From assembly GCA_036170655.1 (NCBI GenBank), contig JAVHPP010000141.1, forward strand, positions 1-38,636: a DNA stretch of 38,636 bases. Reading direction: 5' to 3'. The notes beneath the pieces are model-generated. The model saw only the letters and a list, made by a program, of their open reading frames with translations, had not been told where the DNA came from and did not search any database. The translations under genes and the position numbers were made by a program. This DNA comes from Candidatus Zixiibacteriota bacterium. Lineage in GTDB: Bacteria; Zixibacteria; MSB-5A5; WJJR01. This document shows, one piece after another, positions 18,660 to 27,929 of the stretch (the stretch's first letter is position 1; each line of letters starts with the position of its first letter).

Positions 18660-19873
18660 AGCTGCCAATATACATGGACCACCATGCGACGACTCCGGTC
18701 GATCCGCGTGTCCTCGAAGCGATGCTGCCGTTTTTCATGGAGCGTTTTGGCAATGCTGCGTCACATCATACCTTTGGCTGGGATGCCAAGAGCGCGGTCG
18801 ATCAAGCCCGCCAGGAGATCGCGTCGGTTGTTGGCGCGTCGGCGCAGGAGATCATCTTTACATCGGGCGCCACCGAATCCGACAACCTCGCGCTGAAGGG
18901 CATTGCCGAGGCTTGTGCGGCGAAGGGTGACCACATCATCACCTCGCGCATTGAGCACAAAGCGGTTTTGGATTCGGCGCAGCGTCTCGAAAGGCAGGGC
19001 ATTCACGTCACTTACGTGCCAGTTGATCACGACGGACTGATCGATCCCGACGATGTGCGCCGCGCGATCACCGACAAGACCATTCTCATCTCGATCATGT
19101 ATGCCAACAACGAGATTGGGACCATTCAGCTGATCCGTGAGGTTGGGCGCCTGGCGCACGAGCACGGTGTCATCTTCCATACCGATGCTGTCCAGGCTGT
19201 TGGGAAAATACCGGTGAACGTGGAAGCCGACGGCATCGACCTGATGTCGTTGACCGCGCACAAGATCTATGGCCCCAAGGGGATCGGCGCCCTCTATGTG
19301 CGTCGCCGCAATCCGCGGGTCCGGTTGTCGCCACTCCTTGATGGCGGTGGACATGAGCGCGGGCTGCGTTCCGGCACGTTGCCCGTCCCGCTGATTGTTG
19401 GTTTCGCCAAGGCCATAACTCTGGCGCAGGATCTGATGGCCGAAGAATCGGCGCGTGTCGGCGCGTTGCGTGACCGTTTGAAAGAAATCATCATGAACGG
19501 GCTCGACGAGGTGTACTTGAATGGTTCCGCGACCCGGCGGCTGCCCAACAACTTGAATCTGTCGTTTGCGTATGTCGAGGGCGAATCGCTCCTGATGGGG
19601 ATGAAGGAAGTCGCTCTGTCGTCGGGTTCCGCCTGCACGTCGGCATTGCTGGAACCGTCCTATGTTCTCAAGGCGGTGGGGATCGGGGAAGAACTGGCCC
19701 ATTCCTCCATCCGTTTCGGCTTGGGCCGCTTCAATACCGCCGAGGAAGTCGAGTATGTTGGCGCCAAGATTATTGAGACGGTCAAGCGGCTGCGCGAACT
19801 GTCACCGCTTTATGAATTGAAAGGTGGGCAAGACAAAACCTCGGTGGCGGGCATGGAGACCAAGTCGCTTTAA
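18656..19873 (+). CDS. iscS: Cysteine desulfurase IscS
   Basis: [14 protein letters not shown] Lys in [10 protein letters not shown], group I motif [23 protein letters not shown]. Confidence 0.95.
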   Translation: MKLPIYMDHHATTPVDPRVLEAMLPFFMERFGNAASHHTFGWDAKSAVDQARQEIASVVGASAQEIIFTSGATESDNLALKGIAEACAAKGDHIITSRIEHKAVLDSAQRLERQGIHVTYVPVDHDGLIDPDDVRRAITDKTILISIMYANNEIGTIQLIREVGRLAHEHGVIFHTDAVQAVGKIPVNVEADGIDLMSLTAHKIYGPKGIGALYVRRRNPRVRLSPLLDGGGHERGLRSGTLPVPLIVGFAKAITLAQDLMAEESARVGALRDRLKEIIMNGLDEVYLNGSATRRLPNNLNLSFAYVEGESLLMGMKEVALSSGSACTSALLEPSYVLKAVGIGEELAHSSIRFGLGRFNTAEEVEYVGAKIIETVKRLRELSPLYELKGGQDKTSVAGMETKSL

Positions 19874-19975
19874 CGGGTACGCCCCGATTGCTGTCGAATT
19901 GCACCGCTCGCTTCCGGTGAGGAGAGAAATAACGGGACCATCGCAGTCATTATACTGAGAAAGGATGGATCGCAC

Positions 19976-20362
19976 ATGAGCAGTGAAAGCACAAACGGCG
20001 CCGTATCGGCAATCGGGATGACGAAGGACGATGGCCCGGTCATCGATCTAACTGATGCCGCTGCCAATGAGATCAAGCGTCTCATCGAGGCCCAAAATCT
20101 GAAGGATCACTACCTGCGGCTGGGAGTTCAGGGTGGCGGCTGTTCCGGGCTCGAGTACAACCTCAACTTCGTCACCGAACTCGGCCAGTTTGATCGTGTC
20201 TTCGACGTCAAAGGAGTCAAAGTCATCGTCGACTTGAAGAGCGCGCTTTATCTGAAGGGGACAACGCTGGACTATGTCCAGTCATTGACAGGGGGTGGAT
20301 TCAAGTTCGCCAATCCGAACGCAACCCGGTCATGCGGTTGTGGGACCTCTTTTTCGGTGTAA
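19976..20362 (+). CDS. iscA: A-type Fe-S carrier (IscA/ErpA/HesB family)
   Basis: GGGCSGLEY and NPNATRSCGCGTSF motifs. Confidence 0.92.
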   Translation: MSSESTNGAVSAIGMTKDDGPVIDLTDAAANEIKRLIEAQNLKDHYLRLGVQGGGCSGLEYNLNFVTELGQFDRVFDVKGVKVIVDLKSALYLKGTTLDYVQSLTGGGFKFANPNATRSCGCGTSFSV

Positions 20363-20401
20363 CGGCGCCGTCAACAACGCCGGTTGATGTCAGGAGGTAT
20401 G

Positions 20402-20686
20402 ATGCCCGCATTTGACTTGGAAGTGTTTGCCGAAGGCGGGATTCTTCGGGAGAAGACTCTTCGCGAAGCGTTTGCCACATTAGATTGGGAGCGGTACCGT
20501 GACACGTCGGTCCACATTCGGGGATGCGGCTCGGTCCTGATTCCGGCGTGGGCTTATCTCATGACGGCGGCCCATCTCTCACAGGTCGCCCGGAAAATCA
20601 CCTATGGCGAGGAGCAGGCGCCGATGCCGATCTTTGTGCGGTCCGAATTTGAGTCCCGGACAATGCAAGGCGCTGGCGGGACTTGA
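20402..20686 (+). CDS. DUF2480-like protein (short form)
   Basis: FDL..F..GILREK.LRE....DW.RY....V.I..C....IP.WAYL.....L...ARKI.YG resembles DUF2480; AGGAGG SD. Confidence 0.7.
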   Translation: MPAFDLEVFAEGGILREKTLREAFATLDWERYRDTSVHIRGCGSVLIPAWAYLMTAAHLSQVARKITYGEEQAPMPIFVRSEFESRTMQGAGGT

Positions 20687-20859
20687 TTCGCCGCTCTGCG
20701 ATCAGCTTGGTTGTTCCCCATCGTCTGCAAGGTATGAATTTTGTCCGTGCGCCCCTGATTCCCCTTGCGATGTCCCGGAACCCGACATAAATTCACGAGT
20801 ATTATGATCTGAATTGGTCCGCAGTGGACGAAAACAGAACCTCAACAAGGGAGAGAAGA

Positions 20860-21447
20860 ATGTTCAAACGTTTTGTGATTGCAGGATTGCTAGTGATCAT
20901 GGGGACGGTCCCAACTTGGGCGGACGTCTACACGATCGACCCGACCCACTCCAGCGTTGTATTCAGCGTGACACACATGGCCATCAGCAAGGTGCCGGGA
21001 GCATTCAAGGAATTCTCCGGTTTTATCGACTATAACCCGGGCGACATGGCGAAATCCCGGGTGGAAGCCACGATCAAAGTGGCCAGCATCGACACGCGCG
21101 ATTCCAATCGCAATAAACATCTGCAATCCCCTGATTTCCTCGCGGCCGACAGCTTCCCGGAGATCACCTTCAAATCGACGAAGGTGACCGACAAGGGGAA
21201 AGGCCAACTCGAGATCGTTGGCGATTTCACCATGCACGGCGTTACCAAGTCAGTCACCCTTGATGCCGAGATGCTCGGTGCGATCACCGACCCCCGTGGG
21301 AACAAGCGCATTGGCTTCAGCGCGCACACGAAAATCGACCGTATGGATTATGGCGTGAAGTGGAACATGCCGTTGGAGACAGGCGGTCTGGTCGTGGGGC
21401 ACGATATCGACATCACCCTCGGCATTGAAGCTGTCTTGAAGAAGTGA
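20860..21447 (+). CDS. YceI family polyisoprenoid-binding secreted protein
   Basis: Signal peptide; YTIDPTHSSVVFSVTH, SIDT..R..HL.S.DF, GDFTMHGVTK, IDR.DYG motifs. Confidence 0.93.
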   Translation: MFKRFVIAGLLVIMGTVPTWADVYTIDPTHSSVVFSVTHMAISKVPGAFKEFSGFIDYNPGDMAKSRVEATIKVASIDTRDSNRNKHLQSPDFLAADSFPEITFKSTKVTDKGKGQLEIVGDFTMHGVTKSVTLDAEMLGAITDPRGNKRIGFSAHTKIDRMDYGVKWNMPLETGGLVVGHDIDITLGIEAVLKK

Positions 21448-21496
21448 CAGGATCAGCGGTCGTCGGCGCACGTTTTTGCGTAGCGCACGCTCTATT

Positions 21497-21540
21497 GAAA
21501 AGGCCCCCTGAGACGGCTCCCAAGTCTCCGGGGGCTTTTG
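21497..21540 (+). terminator. Intrinsic terminator after yceI
   Basis: AAAAGGCCCCC..GAGAC/GTCTC..GGGGGCTTTTG stem with A/T tails. Confidence 0.7.
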
Positions 21541-21708
21541 TGTGGGGATCGATCTCGGGCACCCTTCGGGAGCGGAAAAGGGCTTTCCGCGGGGCAGACC
21601 CTGTTGTATATTCGCGGTTCGCCCTTCGGGGCGCAGACGTGGATTGGGGCATCCCAATGTCCCGAATCTGACCAAGAAACCCCACCAGTCAGAGGGAGAA
21701 TCACCTGC

Positions 21709-23889
21709 ATGGAAAACATTACCGGGTACATGCTCTTGATTATGGGCATCAGTGTGGCCAGCCTTCTTTTTGTCATCTGGTTGGCGCGCCATGTGTTAGC
21801 CCATGACACCGGCACCGCTGCGATGCGTGCCATCTCGGATGCCATCAGAGAGGGCGCCGAGGCGTTCATGCGCCGCCAGTATGGCACCATCGGTAAATTG
21901 AGCGTTCTTTTGGCCGCCGTGATCTTTGTCCTCTACGGATTTGTCCGTGGACACCATGATTTCGACCCCACCGACTCGCGGCTCGCCTTGGCGTGGTGGA
22001 TTACGCTGTCTTTTGTGCTCGGGGCGCTGTGTTCGGGTATTGCCGGATTCATGGGCATGTGGATCTCGATCCGTTCGAACATCCGCACTGCCAGCGCCTC
22101 GACCCGTTCACTGAATGATGCCCTGCGTCTCGCCCTTCGCGGTGGAGCGGTCTCCGGTCTTCTGGTTGTCGCTATGAGCCTACTGGGCGTCGGCGGCCTC
22201 TACTGGCTGGTGAGTGCAACCACGTCCGTGGCGCTGACTAAGATTCCGCTCATGATCGTGGGCTACGGGTTTGGCGCTTCGTTTGTGGCGCTCTTCGCGC
22301 AGCTTGGTGGCGGGATTTACACCAAGGCCGCCGATGTCGGTGCTGACCTCGTCGGAAAAGTCGAGGCAGGGATCCCGGAGGACGACCCCCGCAACCCGGC
22401 GGTGATCGCGGATCTGGTCGGCGACAATGTCGGCGACTGCGCCGGCCGTGGCGCCGATCTGTTCGAATCGACCGCGGCTGAAAATATCGGTGCTATGATA
22501 CTGGGCGCCGGTCTTTACCTGGCGGCGCAAAAACAGGGAATCGTATTCTCGGCGGGCGCGGTTGGCTTGATGCTCTTTCCGCTGGTCGCTCGTGCCTTCG
22601 GAATTATCGCGTCCATCGTGGGTGTGATGACTGTCAAGACCAAGGAAGATGGCGATCCCATGCAGGCCCTGAACAAGGGGTACTATGTGGCGGTCATCCT
22701 GGCGATGATCGGTTTCGGCGTCGCCTCGCGCTGGATGCTCTACACCGACAACCATCCGAACGCGTGGATGTACTTCTTCGCCTGCGGCGTTATTGGTGTG
22801 CTTGCGTCGGTGGCGTTCGTCTACATCACGCAGTACTACACAGAATACAAGTACCGTCCGGTCAGAGAGATTGCCGAGTCCTGTCAGACCGGTCCGGCGA
22901 CCAACATCATCACCGGTCTGGCGGTGGCGATGGAATGCACCGCGCTGCCGGTTATTGCCATCTCGATCGCCATTCTGGCGTCTTACTTCCTGGGCAGTGC
23001 CGCCTTACCCGGCGCCGGCCTGTTCGGCACTGCAGTGGCGACCATGGGGATGCTGGCTACCGCCGCCTACATTCTGGCGATGGACACGTTTGGTCCGATC
23101 ACCGACAATGCCGGCGGGATTATTGAAATGAGCCAGCAACCAGAGGAGATCCGTCGCAAAACTGACCGTTTGGATGCAGTCGGCAACACGACCAAGGCGT
23201 TGACCAAGGGGTACGCCATCGGCTCTGCTGCACTGGCGGCGTTCCTGCTTTTCTCCGCGTACATGGATGAGATCTCCAATTACACCGGCGTGCCCTTCCC
23301 CGGCGTCAACATCGCCAAGCCTGTCGTTTTTGTGGGGGCGCTCTTGGGTGCGATGCTCGTGTTCTTGTTTTCCGCTCTCGCCATCCGCGCCGTTGGCAAA
23401 GCCGCCTACTATGTCATCAACGATGTTCGTGCCCAGTTCAAAGAGAAGCCGGGCATTCTGAAGGGAACCGAGAAACCCGACTATGGCCGCTGTGTCGACA
23501 TCGTGACCCGTGGCGCGCTCAGGCAAATGGTTCTGCCGGGCATTCTCGCGGTGGGAATGCCCATCGCCGTCGGACTGAGCTTCCGGGGATTCATCACGCC
23601 AGACGATCCGCTGATTGCCGCTGAGGCAGTCGCGGCGCTGTTGATGGCTGGAACGATTGCCGGCATCCTGGTCGCCACCATGCTCAACAACGGCGGCGGC
23701 GCCTGGGACAACGCCAAGAAATGGATCGAAACCGGCATGTACGGCGGCAAAGGTTCCTTCGCGCACAAAGCCGCAGTCGTGGGCGACACCGTCGGCGACC
23801 CCTGCAAGGACACCGCCGGCCCGTCGCTGCACGTGCTGATCAAGCTTCTCTCCACGATCACACTCGTGCTGGCGCCGCTGTTTATCTGA
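21709..23889 (+). CDS. hppA: Membrane ion-translocating pyrophosphatase, K+-independent signature
   Basis: GGGIYTKAADVGADLVGKVE, EDDPRNP, DNVGDCAG, GNTTKALTKG (Lys at the K+-dependence site), GDTVGDPCKDTAGPS. ATG 21709 with GAGGGAG SD. Confidence 0.95.
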   Translation: MENITGYMLLIMGISVASLLFVIWLARHVLAHDTGTAAMRAISDAIREGAEAFMRRQYGTIGKLSVLLAAVIFVLYGFVRGHHDFDPTDSRLALAWWITLSFVLGALCSGIAGFMGMWISIRSNIRTASASTRSLNDALRLALRGGAVSGLLVVAMSLLGVGGLYWLVSATTSVALTKIPLMIVGYGFGASFVALFAQLGGGIYTKAADVGADLVGKVEAGIPEDDPRNPAVIADLVGDNVGDCAGRGADLFESTAAENIGAMILGAGLYLAAQKQGIVFSAGAVGLMLFPLVARAFGIIASIVGVMTVKTKEDGDPMQALNKGYYVAVILAMIGFGVASRWMLYTDNHPNAWMYFFACGVIGVLASVAFVYITQYYTEYKYRPVREIAESCQTGPATNIITGLAVAMECTALPVIAISIAILASYFLGSAALPGAGLFGTAVATMGMLATAAYILAMDTFGPITDNAGGIIEMSQQPEEIRRKTDRLDAVGNTTKALTKGYAIGSAALAAFLLFSAYMDEISNYTGVPFPGVNIAKPVVFVGALLGAMLVFLFSALAIRAVGKAAYYVINDVRAQFKEKPGILKGTEKPDYGRCVDIVTRGALRQMVLPGILAVGMPIAVGLSFRGFITPDDPLIAAEAVAALLMAGTIAGILVATMLNNGGGAWDNAKKWIETGMYGGKGSFAHKAAVVGDTVGDPCKDTAGPSLHVLIKLLSTITLVLAPLFI

Positions 23890-24244
23890 AGATCATCGGA
23901 TTTCGCTCGCACTGATTGACGTTCGGGCAAGGGGCTTTCAGCCCCTTGCCCTTTCTGTGGACGTCGGAACCAGTGAAGACCGGTGCCCCACCCGCAGGGT
24001 GGGATTCTCACGTGAGGCCTGCGGCGAATCAATTCACTTCGACGATTCCGAAGAAACGGGACACGCAATGTGAGGTCGTCGTGGATTCGTGACCACGCAG
24101 CGCAAACGTTCTGATCAAGCTGCTGTCCACGATCACTCTCGCGCTGGCGCCGCTGTTCATTTGAAGCATTTCGGATTTCGCCAACACCAATTGACGTTCG
24201 GGCAAGGGGCTTTCAGCCCCTTGTCCTCTTTGTGGATGTCGAAC
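23831..24244 (+). repeat. Imperfect ~140-bp direct repeat of the hppA 3' end plus hairpin (23831-23970 and 24106-24244)
   Basis: Copy 2 encodes VLIKLLSTITLALAPLFI* versus VLIKLLSTITLVLAPLFI*. Both copies are followed by TTGACGTTCGGGCAAGGGGCTTTCAGCCCCTTG. Confidence 0.95.
23982..24004. repeat. REP-like palindrome CCCACCC-N3-GGGTGGG(GCACC); related copies at 24256-24278 (inverted) and 26762-26783
   Basis: The reverse complement of 23982-24004 matches 24256-24278 except in the loop. Confidence 0.75.
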
Positions 24245-24281
24245 ACAGCGATCCCTCCCACCCTTCGGGTGGGGCACCCGG

Positions 24282-24437
24282 CTGTATTTCTTTCATGGAA
24301 CGAAGTCTGTGGTCGTCTCGCACGGCTTTTCCAAGCAGGAAGCCAAAATGCCAAGGCAGGAGATCGACAAAGCGATTTACCGTATGACGCAATTCCGCCC
24401 TGCTCCCGGAGGACACTCTTTCAAGCCGGAGAAATGA
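24282..24437 (+). pseudogene. 5'-truncated RelE/HigB (Gp49-like) toxin remnant
   Basis: Manual translation LYFFHGTKSVVVSHGFSKQEAKMPRQEIDKAIYRM..KPEK* matches the C-terminal half of such toxins. Begins right after a REP-like hairpin and stops just before the antitoxin ATG. Confidence 0.75.
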
Positions 24438-24439
24438 TC

Positions 24440-24772
24440 ATGAGCACGAAGAAAACACACTCTCGGACACTTAATTACCTCCACAAGCGCTATGTTGGTG
24501 CAAATCCTGACCGGCTGGCGTCGATGGAAGAGGAACGCACGAACGCCACGATCGCGCGGACGATTCACGACCTCAGGGCCAAGGCGAGCCTGACGCAACG
24601 CGAATTGGCCAAACTGGTCGGTACGACGGCTTCTGTCATTTGCCAGTTGGAAGACTCCGATTACCAGGGGCATTCGCTCTCTATGTTGCAGCGGATCGCC
24701 ACAGCCTTGGGCAGACGAGTTGAGGTACGGCTCGTACCTGTTCGCGCCAAAGCGCGTCTGGCGTCCCAATAG
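24440..24772 (+). CDS. XRE-family HTH antitoxin (HigA-like)
   Basis: IHDLRAKASLTQRELAKLVGTTASVICQLEDSDYQGHSLSMLQRIA; GGAG SD. The longer 24089 ORF start is spurious. Confidence 0.88.
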   Translation: MSTKKTHSRTLNYLHKRYVGANPDRLASMEEERTNATIARTIHDLRAKASLTQRELAKLVGTTASVICQLEDSDYQGHSLSMLQRIATALGRRVEVRLVPVRAKARLASQ

Positions 24773-24833
24773 TGCGCGAGCTTCAATAGCGTTTCCCGCG
24801 CACCGCTTGCTGCAATTCCCAGCTACATAGGTA

Positions 24834-24870
24834 TTCGGGCGAGGGGCTTTCAGCCCCTTGTTCGTTGTGG
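24834..24870. repeat. Third copy of the hairpin found after hppA
   Basis: TTCGGGCGAGGGGCTTTCAGCCCCTTG, between the convergent antitoxin and ORF6N genes. Confidence 0.85.
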
Positions 24871-24894
24871 GGCGGGGCACCATGCGACCCATTC

Positions 24895-25428
24895 CTATCC
24901 GTCTTTGCCGCGATGAAATCCGATTTGTTTGGGCTTCAGGTCTGGAGGACGCATCAACTCGCGGATAGCGTCGAAAACAGCGCGGAATTGGGAGTCATAC
25001 TTCTTCTCGAGGGCCACGAGTTTTCTCGCCAAGTCAGCATTCGCTTGCAAAATCTGTCTGAGCCGGACAAATGCTCGCATGATCTCGATGTTCACCTGCA
25101 CCGCGCGCGGGCTGCGGAGCACACTCGACAGCATGGCCACGCCCTGCTCGGTGAATGCGTACGGCAGGTACTTGCGATGGCGCCCACGCCCGGTCTCTAA
25201 GATCACAGATTGTGATCTTAGAAGCGCGGCCTCATCGGGGTCGAGTTGGAACATGAAATCATCAGGAAACCGGTCGATATTGCGCTTGACCGCCTGAATC
25301 AAAGCCCGCGTTTCGACCTCATAAAGCACTGCCAAGTCCGAATCGAGCATGACATTGTGTCCGCGCAAGACGACTATCGTGCGCTCTATACGCTCCGTCG
25401 GCACGATTGCTCGCTCAGCCCTGGGCAA
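24895..25428 (-). CDS. ORF6N domain DNA-binding protein
   Basis: [58 protein letters not shown] start after GAGGA. Confidence 0.9.
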   Translation of the reverse strand: MPRAERAIVPTERIERTIVVLRGHNVMLDSDLAVLYEVETRALIQAVKRNIDRFPDDFMFQLDPDEAALLRSQSVILETGRGRHRKYLPYAFTEQGVAMLSSVLRSPRAVQVNIEIMRAFVRLRQILQANADLARKLVALEKKYDSQFRAVFDAIRELMRPPDLKPKQIGFHRGKDG

Positions 25429-25754
25429 CTTCAGTCCTCGGTGCCGCGTTTTTGGGTCCCTGCCGGCAACATGCCGTGACCCAGCACAGGCGGCAACCTG
25501 CATCTCAACTGCAAGTTAGTCTCTTGGGCCGTATGAGGACAATCACATTAGTCGGCGCGTGCGCCGGGCACACCCACTCCTTGTAACCAGGCCACACGCC
25601 GCAATCGGAGATTGCGGCCAGGTCTATGCGGTCTCTTCACACATGGCACCCGGCTGCCTGCTCCACGAAATACTTCCAGACTTCCGGCCAGAGCAGCACG
25701 CTATTGGTAGCTCCCGGGGAAGGGGCATTCCACGTCCCAGATAACTTTCCGTTC

Positions 25755-26570
25755 TTAACCGTGCCCGACATGAATGTCAGTGAGATGGCCGATCAGTTGC
25801 GGCATCAGCCCGCTGTCGTCGTAGCGGATCACGAAGCCTGCAGGGAAGGGGGGAACGTGTTCGTAGCGCACACTGTACGGCGTCCGTGCTTGCAGCACAC
25901 TGTCGCGATACATCTCGAAGATCCAGTCCGAACGGTAGATATTCGTTTGCGTGTACCCTTCAGTCTTGGGAGTCCTCTCCATAGCGGCGATTCCTCCGAA
26001 CGACCGCACCCAGCGCCAGACGCCGTACAGCGGACGGGGGCCGACCCGGCAAGGGTGGCAGATCGTTCCGTTGAGGAATGTGTAGTCGATCAGCCCGACT
26101 ATGTCCACGACATCGGAGCCGCCGTCGCAATTCAAATCAGCCCGCTCCTCGGGATCCGGCGCCAGACTGCCGCTGAACACGTAATCGATCATCCCCACAA
26201 TGTCCATCACATCGACAGCGTCATCACAGTTCTGGTCTCCCGGCGGGGCGACCGCGAACCTGAACGTGTCCACCACCATCGGGATCATCGGCATGGTAGC
26301 GATGGGATTGTCCAGGTAGAAAATGTAGATGACCTTGTATTTCCCCTCGGGCAGCGGCCCGACCGGAACGAATAGATCGAAGGGAACCCGCACCGGCAGC
26401 CCGGGCCCAGGGTCGAACAAGACATCGAACCGGACACAGAGCGAGTCGCCGACTCGGTCGGCACTCATCAGCTTTGGCACCTTCCAGCCACGTGTCAATG
26501 GTTTCAGGGATACGATTTGATCACGCAGAACAAACGACCATTCCCACCTTCGGGGCGTGTTGAAAAAGCA
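25755..26570 (-). pseudogene. Dockerin-like (double EF-hand) domain gene fragment
   Basis: GDQNCDDAVDVMDIVGMIDYVF..ADLNCDGGSDVVDIVGLIDYTF. No credible start or signal peptide (5' end abuts REP-like elements); 3' end appears spliced into another frame. Confidence 0.6.
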
Positions 26571-26602
26571 CCCGAATCGCGTGTTCCGTAGCTCGTGGCG
26601 AC

Positions 26603-26718
26603 GAGATTGCTTCGCTGCGCTCGCAATGGCTTTATTCTCCGGTCGCGGAACCACAGGTCATGGCTGTCATTGCGAGGAACGTCCCCGCCGAAGGCGGGGG
26701 GAGTGACGAAGCAATCTC
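26603..26718. repeat. Pair of REP-like elements of the GTCATTGCGAG..GAAGCAATCTC type
   Basis: GAGATTGCTTCGCTGCGCTCGCAATGGC (26603-26630) and GTCATTGCGAGG..CCCCGCCGAAGGCGGGG..GACGAAGCAATCTC (26666-26718) are inverted relative to each other. Confidence 0.75.
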
Positions 26719-26857
26719 ATCGCTCCTGTGTCCCGGATACGTCTGCAAGGAGTTTGTCAACACACCGTTCGGGTGGGGCACCCAGATCTCCAAAATGCAA
26801 ACGGCGAAGCGAATAACACATCGCCGCGCCGTTCGTGGCTTGAGTGAGGATTGACGG

Positions 26858-27889
26858 TTATGGTGTTTTCTTCTCCGCCTTGACTTCGATCTTGCCGTCG
26901 GTAATTGTCACCTCGGCATCCGTGATTCCCTGCCTGGCCAGTTGCTCCTTGATCTGGGCGATCTTCTCGGCGTCGCTGAGATTGCTGTCCGGTGCGGCCA
27001 GATCGATCCTGGTTTCGAAATCGCCATTCGACGGGCCGCCTTGGCGCACTTCCTCGATCTTGACCTGCGCTTCACCCTGCGGCGTCGTCGTGGCGCCTTC
27101 CAGTTTGACCGTGGTCTGGCCATTCGCATCGCGAGTGTACGAGACATTCTTCAGTTGCAGGCCTTGCGACGCCAGTTGAGTCCGAATCTCCTCTTCGATT
27201 TGCGCATCGGTCTTGCCTTCGCCATTGACCTTCACCTCGAAGACCCGTGCGCTGATCTGTGCCAGAAGACTCCCTGACTCACGTACCCGCCACGGTTCGA
27301 TCGCCACTCCGCCGGCTGCCGTAGCCGCCGGAACCAGATCGCGCGTCGCGGCAAAGGCGTTGGCCGCATCAGAAGACGAGCCGTGGACGTAGTACACCAA
27401 CTCCGGGCTTCCGGCATTGTGGGATTTCGTGACCAGGACATCTCCGAATCCCTTCTCGGCCAACCGCGCCTTGATCGCATCGAGATTGATCTGCGCCATC
27501 GCCGGGTCGGCGGAGGAGATTACCAGACGTGTGCCGACAGTGTGTTCGTACGCAAACGGAATCAGGACCAGAAATGCCAGCGCCATGGCCGCGGCGGTGA
27601 GGCTCCAGCCCCAGCGGCGCGGACGCGAAATGAATGGATGTCGCAACAATGATTTCATCGTGTTTTCCTCTTCCTCTCTGACTGCCCGGTCGACCCAGAT
27701 CACGGCTGATCCCCATGGCGCCTCCGGTGGCCCGTCTACGGCGGACATCGCAGCGAACTTGTTCCGCAGGAGAGTCTCCGCTTCCCATGCCGCGCGGCAG
27801 GAGGCGCACTGGCTGATGTGATCCAAGGCGTCGGAATCAGAAATCGGTTTGGGATCATTCAGTAGCTGTTTGATTTGGCTGCATCGCAT
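26858..27889 (-). CDS. Zinc-binding (ZAS) membrane anti-sigma factor
   Basis: MRC..HISQCASC (HxxxCxxC), one TM helix (WSLTAAAMALAFLVLIPF), periplasmic domain; lies downstream of an ECF sigma. Confidence 0.85.
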   Translation of the reverse strand: MRCSQIKQLLNDPKPISDSDALDHISQCASCRAAWEAETLLRNKFAAMSAVDGPPEAPWGSAVIWVDRAVREEEENTMKSLLRHPFISRPRRWGWSLTAAAMALAFLVLIPFAYEHTVGTRLVISSADPAMAQINLDAIKARLAEKGFGDVLVTKSHNAGSPELVYYVHGSSSDAANAFAATRDLVPAATAAGGVAIEPWRVRESGSLLAQISARVFEVKVNGEGKTDAQIEEEIRTQLASQGLQLKNVSYTRDANGQTTVKLEGATTTPQGEAQVKIEEVRQGGPSNGDFETRIDLAAPDSNLSDAEKIAQIKEQLARQGITDAEVTITDGKIEVKAEKKTP

Positions 27890-27929
27890 AAAGCACCTTC
27901 CTTCTGGCTCCCACACGGTTTGGCCGGTC

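Noticed and set aside
21538..21708. Longer hppA N-terminus or riboswitch
   Set aside because: A good SD precedes ATG 21709. The region holds a likely promoter (TGTATATT) and small hairpins but no recognisable aptamer.
23831..24244. DGR template/variable repeat pair
   Set aside because: Mismatches are not adenine-specific (mostly synonymous third positions) and no reverse transcriptase is present.
24089..24439. N-terminal extension of the XRE protein (227-aa ORF)
   Set aside because: It is an off-frame reading of the duplicated hppA end, the REP and the toxin remnant.
23900..24900. CRISPR array from the recurring hairpins
   Set aside because: Only three copies, with irregular spacing of hundreds of bp, and no cas genes.
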